From Promethearchaeota archaeon (lineage in GTDB: Archaea; Asgardarchaeota; Thorarchaeia; Thorarchaeales; Thorarchaeaceae), in assembly GCA_027031765.1 (NCBI GenBank), contig JALVPN010000135.1, forward strand, positions 3,666 to 11,569: 7,904 nt of DNA, in the 5' to 3' direction. A program made the translations under genes and the position numbers. Positions 1-6,759 of this stretch are shown one piece after another. Under the pieces are notes generated by a model. The model was not told the DNA's origin and did not search any database. It saw only the letters and a program-made list of their open reading frames with translations. The number at the start of each line of letters is the position of its first letter. Position 1 is the first letter of the stretch.

Positions 1-192
1 CCTGAATGTTGTGGCCAAGCATCGCAAACCCACGTGAGGGAAGACATGTCACGCCTCATTAATCTATGTCATATGGCGAGGACAGTTGCCGCTGGCGGTG
101 GCCGCCATGTGGACGCGGAAACTGGCACGAACACGAACGGCCCACTAGGACAGGATCAGCAACACCAGAGCACCTGACCTGCGATGCAAAGG

Positions 193-199
193 TATTATA
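193..199 (+). promoter_or_regulatory. Putative archaeal TATA box for the 235..588 gene
   Basis: TATTATA preceded by purine-rich GCAAAGG (BRE-like), about 36 nt upstream of ATG 235, in otherwise GC-rich DNA. Confidence 0.5.
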
Positions 200-234
200 G
201 TGACGGATGGCCCAAGCAAGCGTGAGGTCAAGCC

Positions 235-588
235 ATGCCTGCAAAGAAGAAGGGCTCCTCAGGGAAGAAACCACTGCTCGTCATACTCGTCGTCATTGGC
301 GCGTTTGCTTTGGTTGCATGGCACGACGGCGTGGTGGGGACCACAGCAATCCGTGATATCAACCAGGGCGACGTTGGTATTGGAACGAAAGTGGTTGTGA
401 AAGGATACCTCAAGATACGGATAGGTAATGTCCTCACAGTATCGGATGGAGAGGGCCACGCGATAACATTCGTGTGGGACGGGACTGTGCCCCCACTTCA
501 GTCCGTTGTTGTCGTACGTGGGACTGTTCAGAGCATCTTTACGCTGGAGGACGTCACCGCTGTGGAAACAGCGTGGCTGTTCAAGTAG
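235..588 (+). CDS. Membrane-anchored OB-fold-like hypothetical protein (117 aa)
   Basis: Basic N-terminus (MPAKKKGSSGKK), one hydrophobic segment (PLLVILVVIGAFALVAW), then a beta-rich domain with OB-fold-like motifs (GTKVVVKGYL, NVLTVSDGEG, VVVVRGTV). TATA box upstream. Confidence 0.7.
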   Translation: MPAKKKGSSGKKPLLVILVVIGAFALVAWHDGVVGTTAIRDINQGDVGIGTKVVVKGYLKIRIGNVLTVSDGEGHAITFVWDGTVPPLQSVVVVRGTVQSIFTLEDVTAVETAWLFK

Positions 589-715
589 GACGGCATACAT
601 GGACAGAGTGTGGCATTGGAGTGAGGACAGAATCACAGGGCGGGGGCACCACCACGGGCACCATAGGGTGGATGACAGGGCATGAGAAGGGACGGGAGAA
701 CATGCAGGGTGACCA

Positions 716-2428
716 TCAGAAAATCTTTGGCTCTTCCCACTCCCCAAAGACGTCACGCCACACGTCACAGATCTCGCCAATCGTGGCGTAGGCACGGACT
801 GCCCTCACGACGTGAGGCATGATGTTCTCATCTCCTTCCGACGCTTTCCGCAGGCCGTCAAGGGCCTCTTGGACACACCGGTTGTCACGTTCCAGCCGCA
901 CGCGTTCCAGCCGCTCAACCTGTTTCCGTTCGACCTCAGGGTCAATCTTCAACACCGGTATTCTGATCTCCTCGCCCTCAAGCACAAACTCGTTGACACC
1001 CACGATGGTCCGACGTTTCTCCTCCACCTCACGCTGGTACCTGTATGACGCCTCGGCAATCTCACGCTGGAAGAAGCCCTTCTCAATAGCGGCCAGGACT
1101 CCGCCCATGGCCTCGACCCGGTCAAAGTACTTGTATGCCTCCTCTTCCATCTGGTTCGTCAGCCACTCGACGTAGTATGAGCCCGCAAGTGGGTCAATTG
1201 TATTGGCGACTCCACTCTCGTAGGCGAGCACCTGCTGAGTCCGGAGGGCCACACGCACCGCGTCCTCGGTGGGCAGGCACAGTGCCTCGTCCATACTGTT
1301 GGTGTGGAGCGACTGGGTGCCACCGAGCACGGCAGCAAGCGCCTGATAGGCGGTACGCACGATGTTGACCATTGGTTGTTGGGCGGTCAAAGAACACCCA
1401 GCGGTCTGGGTGTGAAAACGCATCCACAGTGAACGCTTCTTCTTTGCTCCAAAGCGTTCCTTCATCTCGCGGGCCCAGATCCGCCGCGCCGCACGGAACT
1501 TTGCGACCTCCTCGAAGATGTCGTTGTGGGAGTTGAAGAAGAAACTGAGCCGCGGTGCAAACGTGTCGACATCGAGGCCGCGGTCAATGCACGCCTGTAC
1601 ATACGTCATTCCATTGAGGAGGGTGAAGGCCAGCTCCTGCACCGCCGTCGAGCCCGCCTCACGGATGTGGTAGCCACTGATGCTGATGGTGTTCCACCGT
1701 GGGATGTGTTCTGTCGCGTACTCGATGATGTCCACGATGATCCTGAGCGACGGTTCAGGTGGGTAGATCCAGCTCTTCTGTGCCATGTACTCCTTCAACA
1801 GGTCGTTCTGGATGGTGCCACCAATCTGGTGAGAGGAGACACCTTGCTTCTCAGCGGTGACCATGTACATGGCAAGGAGTATCGATGCGGGGGCATTGAT
1901 TGTCATGGATGTCGTGACCCTGTCCAGTGGGATGCCATCAAAGAGGATCTCCATGTCCTTGAGGGTGTCCACTGCGACACCCAGTTTGCCGACCTCTCCG
2001 CGCGAGAACGGGTGGTCGGAGTCGCGGCCGAACAGAGTAGGCAGATGAAAGGCAACACTGAGGCCGGTCTGACCGTTGGCCAGCAGGAACTTGTACCGTG
2101 CATTGGACTCCTCGGCGGTGCCCATGCCAGCGAACTGGCGCATCGTCCACAGCCGTCCACGGTACATGTTTGGCTGCACGCCACGTGTAAAGGGGTACTG
2201 GCTTGGGAAACCCAGGTCGCGCACGTAGTCAAAGCGTGGGATGTCAAGCGGCGTGTAGATCACCTTCACAGGCCTGCCCGACGTGGTCGTGAACTCCTTG
2301 GCCCGCTCAGCGTACTTCTCCTGGTGTGGTCTGAGGACCTCGGACTCCCACTGTTCCTTGGCCTTCCGGATTGCCTCGAGTTCAGGGTCGAGGGGTGCAG
2401 ACTCGGGCTCAGCTCTGTCTGTGACCAT
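716..2428 (-). CDS. icmA: AdoCbl-dependent acyl-CoA mutase, large (substrate-binding) subunit, 570 aa; isobutyryl-CoA mutase-like specificity residues
   Basis: Family motifs [88 protein letters not shown]. No C-terminal B12-binding (DxHxxG) domain. Start placed at ATG 2428 rather than the track's 2593 because the extension is unlike the family and contains a TATA-like box. The family call is secure; the icmA symbol rests on F99/Q217. Confidence 0.9.
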   Translation of the reverse strand: MVTDRAEPESAPLDPELEAIRKAKEQWESEVLRPHQEKYAERAKEFTTTSGRPVKVIYTPLDIPRFDYVRDLGFPSQYPFTRGVQPNMYRGRLWTMRQFAGMGTAEESNARYKFLLANGQTGLSVAFHLPTLFGRDSDHPFSRGEVGKLGVAVDTLKDMEILFDGIPLDRVTTSMTINAPASILLAMYMVTAEKQGVSSHQIGGTIQNDLLKEYMAQKSWIYPPEPSLRIIVDIIEYATEHIPRWNTISISGYHIREAGSTAVQELAFTLLNGMTYVQACIDRGLDVDTFAPRLSFFFNSHNDIFEEVAKFRAARRIWAREMKERFGAKKKRSLWMRFHTQTAGCSLTAQQPMVNIVRTAYQALAAVLGGTQSLHTNSMDEALCLPTEDAVRVALRTQQVLAYESGVANTIDPLAGSYYVEWLTNQMEEEAYKYFDRVEAMGGVLAAIEKGFFQREIAEASYRYQREVEEKRRTIVGVNEFVLEGEEIRIPVLKIDPEVERKQVERLERVRLERDNRCVQEALDGLRKASEGDENIMPHVVRAVRAYATIGEICDVWRDVFGEWEEPKIF

Positions 2429-2476
2429 GACGGCTCGCTCCTGCTCTATTTCAGGTGGTCCTCTCATCGAACATCG

Positions 2477-2488
2477 GATATTAAGTAA
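2477..2488 (-). promoter_or_regulatory. Putative TATA box for the mutase gene
   Basis: Minus strand TTACTTAATATC, the only AT-rich patch in the 2429-2596 intergenic region, about 50 nt upstream of ATG 2428. Confidence 0.5.
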
Positions 2489-2596
2489 TCGGATGGCCGT
2501 ACAATTGCCGGTGGTGGGCATGACCACGTTGCTGTCATAGGGGACGGTGGAGACCAGGGCGGCTGACGACCGGGCCGTCCAGTGGGTGCTCACGGG

Positions 2597-3163
2597 CTAG
2601 AACTCAAAGCCACGCCGTGCAAGCACCTTCTTCGTCGCATAGTAGTGTTTGACCTCGGTCATCTCAGTGACGAGGTCAGCAGCCTCTATCACTTCAGGAC
2701 GGGCGTAGCGTCCAGTCATTATCAGCTCCACATCGTCCGGCTTCATATCAATGAGGGCCAGCTGCTCGTCAAGCGAGATGAGGCCCCACTCAACAGCGAC
2801 ATTGATCTCGTCCAGGATGAGCACATCGCACCGGTGTTCCTGGAGGGCCTCCTGCGCCATGCGTAGGCCCTTCTGTGCCAGCTCGATGTCCACCGGGTCC
2901 GGGTTCTCCTTGTCGACAAAGGTCTCACGGCCCACTGGGACCACCGTGAAGCCCGGGATGCTCTCCGTAGTCCTGAACTCACCATAGTTGACATCGTCGT
3001 CGCCATCTCCTCGCCACGCGACCTTTGCCTTCATGAAGCATATCATCAGCACGGTGAGGCCATGGCCCGCAGCCCGGAGGCCGGCACCCAGTGCACAGGT
3101 CGTCTTGCCCTTGCCATTCCCGGTATAGACCTGCACCATCCCCGGGGCTGGTGGATGCGTCAA
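2597..3163 (-). CDS. cobO: Cob(I)yrinic acid a,c-diamide / cob(I)alamin adenosyltransferase (CobO/BtuR/CobA type)
   Basis: P-loop VQVYTGNGKGKTT, LRAAGHG, CFMK...YGE, DVLILDEINVA, ELIMTGRYA, ADLVTEMTEVKHYY, RRGFEF. TTG start 1 nt after the upstream stop. Confidence 0.95.
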   Translation of the reverse strand: MTHPPAPGMVQVYTGNGKGKTTCALGAGLRAAGHGLTVLMICFMKAKVAWRGDGDDDVNYGEFRTTESIPGFTVVPVGRETFVDKENPDPVDIELAQKGLRMAQEALQEHRCDVLILDEINVAVEWGLISLDEQLALIDMKPDDVELIMTGRYARPEVIEAADLVTEMTEVKHYYATKKVLARRGFEF

Positions 3164-3164
3164 C

Positions 3165-3803
3165 CTAGTCAGACTCCCGTTTCAGGCGTATTGTCATCTC
3201 GGCCACACGCCTGCCGAGCTGTCTGCTCGCCTCGACCGCCAGCGGGTCGTCCTTTGCCGTGCGCCACTTGCCCTCGTCGGTCTGCATGCTGCCGATACCG
3301 AACGGCCCATCACGGACCGGGTTACCCACCGCCCCGACAACGACCATGCCATGGGCCAAGGCGTACCGGTTGAGGAGGTCCACGATGTGCTCCTGACCCC
3401 CGTACCGCAGGCCCGCATACGTTATCACTCCGAAGACCCTGTCACGCAGCCGGTGATCCAGCATCTTGAGGGTGCGTGAGCGGTCCATCAGGTTCTTGAG
3501 GACGCCCGGCACGGAGGTGAAGTACGACGGTGCGGCCACAATGATCCCATCAGCCGACTCCATCTTCCCCTCAATCAGGCCCATGTCATCCTTTTCGCTC
3601 TCCGGGCACGGCTTGCGCCTGACGCAGTTGTCACACCCGGTACAGGGTAGGACTGTGAGCTTTGAGAGGTCGAGTAACTCCGTGGCACCCGAAACACTCC
3701 GGGCATCAAAGAGCTCCACTGCGGCCTCCAAGGCCTGCTGGAGCAGGAACCTGGTGCTCGACCGCTCCCCACGAGGGGAGCCCGAGATTCCGAGGACCAA
3801 CAT
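3165..3803 (-). CDS. Iron-sulfur flavoprotein (Isf-like; flavodoxin-fold NAD(P)H-dependent FMN reductase family)
   Basis: FMN-binding start LGISGSPRG..ST, compact cysteine motif CTGCDNCVRRKPC (CX2CX2CX5C), DDM, ADGIIVAAPSYF, LKNLMDR, GGQE. Confidence 0.9.
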   Translation of the reverse strand: MLVLGISGSPRGERSSTRFLLQQALEAAVELFDARSVSGATELLDLSKLTVLPCTGCDNCVRRKPCPESEKDDMGLIEGKMESADGIIVAAPSYFTSVPGVLKNLMDRSRTLKMLDHRLRDRVFGVITYAGLRYGGQEHIVDLLNRYALAHGMVVVGAVGNPVRDGPFGIGSMQTDEGKWRTAKDDPLAVEASRQLGRRVAEMTIRLKRESD

Positions 3804-3959
3804 GATGAGTCACGTGTCTGTGGGGTGGCGACCCTCATTTAGCACTTGCGGCCCGGATGGTGTGTATGCACTGGCACACCTGTCTGTTTCTCTGTCAGTC
3901 ATACAGACACCGGTCACCGCACTGTACGCCCGCCAAGCGCAGGACTTGGTGCTGGCCCT

Positions 3960-3978
3960 TGCTGACGGCCTGTCAGCA
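3960..3978. repeat. Perfect 7-bp inverted repeat (hairpin) downstream of the 4007..4762 gene
   Basis: TGCTGAC-GGCCT-GTCAGCA, about 30 nt past the stop at 4007. Function unknown (terminator or 3' stabilising hairpin possible). Confidence 0.4.
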
Positions 3979-4006
3979 TGTGCGACCACGCGATGAGTAC
4001 AGCACC

Positions 4007-4762
4007 TCAGTTGTCCACAAGCTGCGCCACGGCCCGGTCCAGCATCTGTGCCAGTTCGCCTGCAACACTCATGACCCGGACACGTCTGGCAGAACGGTGG
4101 GTCGCAATAACGACTGTGAGCCAGCGCACCCGTAACAGGTAGGCCCTGAACTCTCCGATGCCGAGCTCTACCGGTACGACACCAGTAGCACCACTCGGTA
4201 CCAGCTGGTCAATGGCAGCCCTGATTCGTAGTAAATGGCTTTCTGGGACATTGCCCTGGAGCATTCTGCCATGCATGTCGAAGACCCCGACGTACGAGAC
4301 TTCTCCATACTCAAGTGCGTGGTCGACCACCTCTTCAGCGGCCCTTACGACGTCGTCCGTCACCCAGTCGGTGTCCATCATCACGATACTGTCCACCATC
4401 CGTGCCACATCGGTCAGGGCGCTCAAGTCCCCATCCCATGACGGCAGTATGTGCCCATAGTCGCGTGCCAGTTCCTTGCCAATGGCAAGCATCTTCTTGG
4501 CTATGACGGGCACTGCACCGTCACCCCTAGTGAGGAAGACAATGGCAAACCTCTTGAAGAACATGTAGACCCACTGAAGGTCGCCCTGCATCAATGTGTA
4601 TGCCTTCTCAAGCCTAGTACTACTCCGGGAGTGGAACAGGGTGACCGTCGCTTTCACGAGTGGAGGCAGGGGATCTGATGAGCACGCTGCGCCGTTGGGC
4701 CTGTATGAACGGGCCAACATTGTCGCGCCATCAGGACGGATGATGAATGCCGAAAGTATCAT
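4007..4762 (-). CDS. Predicted longin-domain + roadblock/LC7-like domain protein (Asgard eukaryotic-signature-type, 251 aa)
   Basis: N-terminus MILSAFIIRPDGATMLARSY resembles longin and AP-complex sigma/mu starts, with a bb-a-bbb-aa pattern ending WDGDLSALTDVARMVDSI (aa 1-128). aa ~135-248 show a-bb-a-bbb-a with VSYVGVFDMHGRML, typical of roadblock/MglB folds. Secondary structure read by eye. Confidence 0.7.
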   Translation of the reverse strand: MILSAFIIRPDGATMLARSYRPNGAACSSDPLPPLVKATVTLFHSRSSTRLEKAYTLMQGDLQWVYMFFKRFAIVFLTRGDGAVPVIAKKMLAIGKELARDYGHILPSWDGDLSALTDVARMVDSIVMMDTDWVTDDVVRAAEEVVDHALEYGEVSYVGVFDMHGRMLQGNVPESHLLRIRAAIDQLVPSGATGVVPVELGIGEFRAYLLRVRWLTVVIATHRSARRVRVMSVAGELAQMLDRAVAQLVDN

Positions 4763-4799
4763 GTGAGACCCCCACTACTCTGGTTCAACATACCACCAA

Positions 4800-4807
4800 T
4801 CATAAGG
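4800..4807 (-). promoter_or_regulatory. Putative TATA box for the longin/roadblock gene
   Basis: Minus strand CCTTATGA about 38 nt upstream of ATG 4762; GGGGGT SD-like sequence just before the start. Confidence 0.35.
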
Positions 4808-4960
4808 GTTGCCCGTCTGGACCACAACACAGTCACCGTGTGCATGACGTGTGGGCCCGCACACCATCGACGGAATACCACAGTACCTGAGACCGCTGCC
4901 TACAGCGCCCGGCAGGCACAGTGGCAGGTCAGCAGCAAGTCGCCGATAGCGGAGAGCAAC

Positions 4961-5793
4961 GGACACTATGTCGGCCAACGCCTTTCTATTGTGGGCCACA
5001 CACACGACACGGGGCACGTCGTGGCCAGGAAGAGAGAGGTCTCGGGCCTAGGTGTTCCCTTGAAGTGAGGGGTCACTGAACGCACGAGCGGCCTCGGTTT
5101 CCAAGCGCCTAGTGGTCACGTGGGGATGTGGAATGCAACACGATAAGAGTAGGAGACCTGGTAAGGGTCGGCAGCTCCATCACGACCGACAAGGCCAGTG
5201 CTGGTGGCGCCGTTCAGGTCAGTGGAGATGCTTCTGTGCGTCTGCTCGGAGCCGGCAGTTCGACGACTGTTTGGGGACGGTTGACCGTGAAGAGATTGCG
5301 GTAGTGGGGGGTGAGAAGTTCCACTGTGGGAAGGCCGGCCGTGTGGCTATTGGCGGGAGCCTCGTGATGACAGGGAGTGTGGAGGTCGACTCCACCCAGG
5401 CCGTGTGGAAGACGGTCGTGGGCCGCGAGTCCCGAGCACAGTCTGTTGATGTTGGTGGCACTTTCGTTGCAGGCGGGGGCTTGTGTCCGTGGCCACAGAT
5501 GTCGGTGGAAAGGTGCCATAGAGGGAGCACAAGCTGTGCCGAGATGGATGTCGGTGGAAAGGTCAAGGTGGCAGGAGGGCCCAGGCATACTGTTGGTCCT
5601 GCATACGGGCACAGGGTCAGGCTGGAGGAGAGAGCAAGGATGAGGAGGGTCTACGGGGACAGGTCATACCTGGAACGCGGCGCCACCATCTGGTGATGTG
5701 GTGTACACGGAGAGTCTAGACATGGAGGAGGGCGTCACGCTGTCTACGGAGCCGTTGCGTACGGAGAGCCCCCCACCACCAGATGAGTTGTAA
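4961..5793 (+). pseudogene. Frameshifted polymer-forming cytoskeletal (bactofilin-like beta-helix) gene; 5' boundary approximate
   Basis: Collinear beta-helix-type fragments in alternating frames: YVGQRLSIVG..TGHVVARKREVSG / SLEVRG / SLNARAASVSKRLVV / RGDVECNTIRVGDLVRVGSSITTDKASAGGAVQVSGDASV / VAIGGSLVMTGSVEVDS..VDVGGTFVAGGGL / VATDVGGKV / SCAEMDVGGKVKV..VRLEERARMRRVYGDRSYLERGATI / GDVVYTESLDMEEGVTLSTEPLRTESPPPPDEL*, ending at TAA 5791-5793. Confidence 0.75.
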
Positions 5794-5836
5794 GTGGGAT
5801 GTGTTCAGCTCGATTGTGGTAGCACCTTGTAGACCA

Positions 5837-6211
5837 TCACGTGGCCTTGAAGCGGACGCGTCGTCCATCGCGGACCTTGGTGAGCCGCCCCTCATCTACC
5901 AGCTTGTTCAGTACCTCACTTGTCCGTGACCTCGAACGACCCCAGCGTCGTGCAAGCTCGTCGGCGGTGAGGGCAGAGCCGGCCTCGTGGACCATTGCCA
6001 GCAGGCGGTTCCAGCTGAGGTCTTCGCGCACCCTGTCTGAACTGTCGTCCACGTTCAGGTCGTATGTCGGACTTGGCGGAATGCACGGCCGGGTCTTCAG
6101 CTCGCTGACCTGGCGTGCGAGGTCATCGACCGTCCTTGTGAGGGCCCGGAGCGTCATCCCAATCCGCTGGACTTCCCGTCGGAGCTCTTCCAGTACATCA
6201 TTCTCGACCAC
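5837..6211 (-). CDS. Coiled-coil + winged helix-turn-helix protein (MarR/HTH-like putative regulator, 124 aa)
   Basis: Heptad-like N-terminus (VLEELRREVQRIGMTLRALTRTVDDLARQVSELK), Pro-rich linker, then ALTADELARRWGRSRSRTSEVLNKLVDEGRLTKVRDGRRVRF, a classic wHTH with wing. GTG start 2 nt after the upstream stop. Confidence 0.85.
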   Translation of the reverse strand: MVENDVLEELRREVQRIGMTLRALTRTVDDLARQVSELKTRPCIPPSPTYDLNVDDSSDRVREDLSWNRLLAMVHEAGSALTADELARRWGRSRSRTSEVLNKLVDEGRLTKVRDGRRVRFKAT

Positions 6212-6213
6212 TC

Positions 6214-6588
6214 TCAGTGCCCCCGTTGATAGTCCGACCGGAACTCGACATAGTTACGCCTGCGCTCCTTCTTCTCAATGCGTTCCTTCGTGTCCTCTGC
6301 ACGGACATCGGTGCTTCGCTCAATCACGTAGTCGAAGGACACGTGTGTGCCCGGTGTGTTCTCGCCCCTAGGGGCATCAAGTGCGTCCTGCTCTTCTGTC
6401 GCGCTCGATGGTACTATGAGGACGTTGGAGAACCGTGCTGAGGCCTCAGCAGCCGTGCTGTTGCAACCATGTCCGGTAGTAGGTGTATTCGTGAGGTCAT
6501 AGGTCGCCTCCTTGATGTCGAGGCAGTTCTCGGCGAGGATTTCACTAGTCGACCTGAAACATGGTATCCGCTTGTGCCTGTATGACAT
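6214..6588 (-). CDS. Hypothetical protein (124 aa), probably co-transcribed with the wHTH gene
   Basis: G/C-ending codon bias like neighbouring genes, ATG start, TATA box about 50 nt upstream, stop abutting the next start. No family recognised. Confidence 0.7.
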   Translation of the reverse strand: MSYRHKRIPCFRSTSEILAENCLDIKEATYDLTNTPTTGHGCNSTAAEASARFSNVLIVPSSATEEQDALDAPRGENTPGTHVSFDYVIERSTDVRAEDTKERIEKKERRRNYVEFRSDYQRGH

Positions 6589-6635
6589 GTCAGTGCACCG
6601 TCAACAACAATCAACAATGGACTGGTAGCGGGAGC

Positions 6636-6644
6636 CATTATAAG
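6636..6644 (-). promoter_or_regulatory. Putative TATA box for the 6588/6211 gene pair
   Basis: Minus strand CTTATAATG; shares GTCTTATAA with the box at 7663-7672. Confidence 0.55.
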
Positions 6645-6759
6645 ACTTTGGTAATGACCATGAAACGGTAGGACGACCATAGAGTCAGGTGGGCCAAATG
6701 GAGGCCAGGACATCGAGTGGTGGGCACGGGTTGGACACAGCCATGTCGTACGGCAGGGC

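Noticed and set aside
1-180. Possible gene start or RNA gene at the left edge
   Set aside because: No convincing frame, tRNA cloverleaf or motif in the available sequence.
235-588. CcmE heme chaperone (TM + OB fold)
   Set aside because: No C-terminal HxxxY or CxxxY heme-binding motif and no ccm genes nearby.
644-663. GGGCACCA direct repeat between the convergent OB-fold and mutase genes
   Set aside because: Two 8-mers in GC-rich DNA, compatible with chance; not CRISPR-like.
1526-2488. 320-aa plus-strand ORF
   Set aside because: Antisense shadow of the mutase gene, expected from GC3-rich codons; no recognisable motifs.
2429-2593. 55-aa N-terminal extension of the mutase in the ORF track (start 2593)
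   Set aside because: No resemblance to the mutase family, and it contains the likely TATA box; ATG 2428 gives a normal-length large subunit.
3884-3899. Hammerhead-like CTGA..GA-GAAA and SECIS-like ATGA on the minus strand
   Set aside because: The words sit in a hairpin loop with no stem II between them, the SECIS geometry is too short, and no in-frame TGA selenoprotein candidate is nearby.
3915-3955. Cobalamin riboswitch-like words (CCGCACTGTA; AAGCGCAGGAC) in the intergenic region before B12 genes
   Set aside because: They are on the plus strand, antisense to the B12 genes, and the GGGAA core and a proper B12 box are missing.
4775-5017. 80-aa minus-strand ORF ending just before the longin gene
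   Set aside because: No recognisable motif; it covers the longin gene's putative TATA box and overlaps the antisense of the pseudogene 5' part.
5112-5696. 194-aa plus-strand ORF as an intact gene
   Set aside because: Only parts of it are bactofilin-like; the remaining homologous segments are in other frames, so it is a piece of the pseudogene.
4961-5793. Programmed frameshifting or a diversity-generating mechanism to explain the broken gene
   Set aside because: About eight shifts without consistent slippery sites, and no reverse transcriptase or template repeat in the window; decay or local assembly error is simpler.
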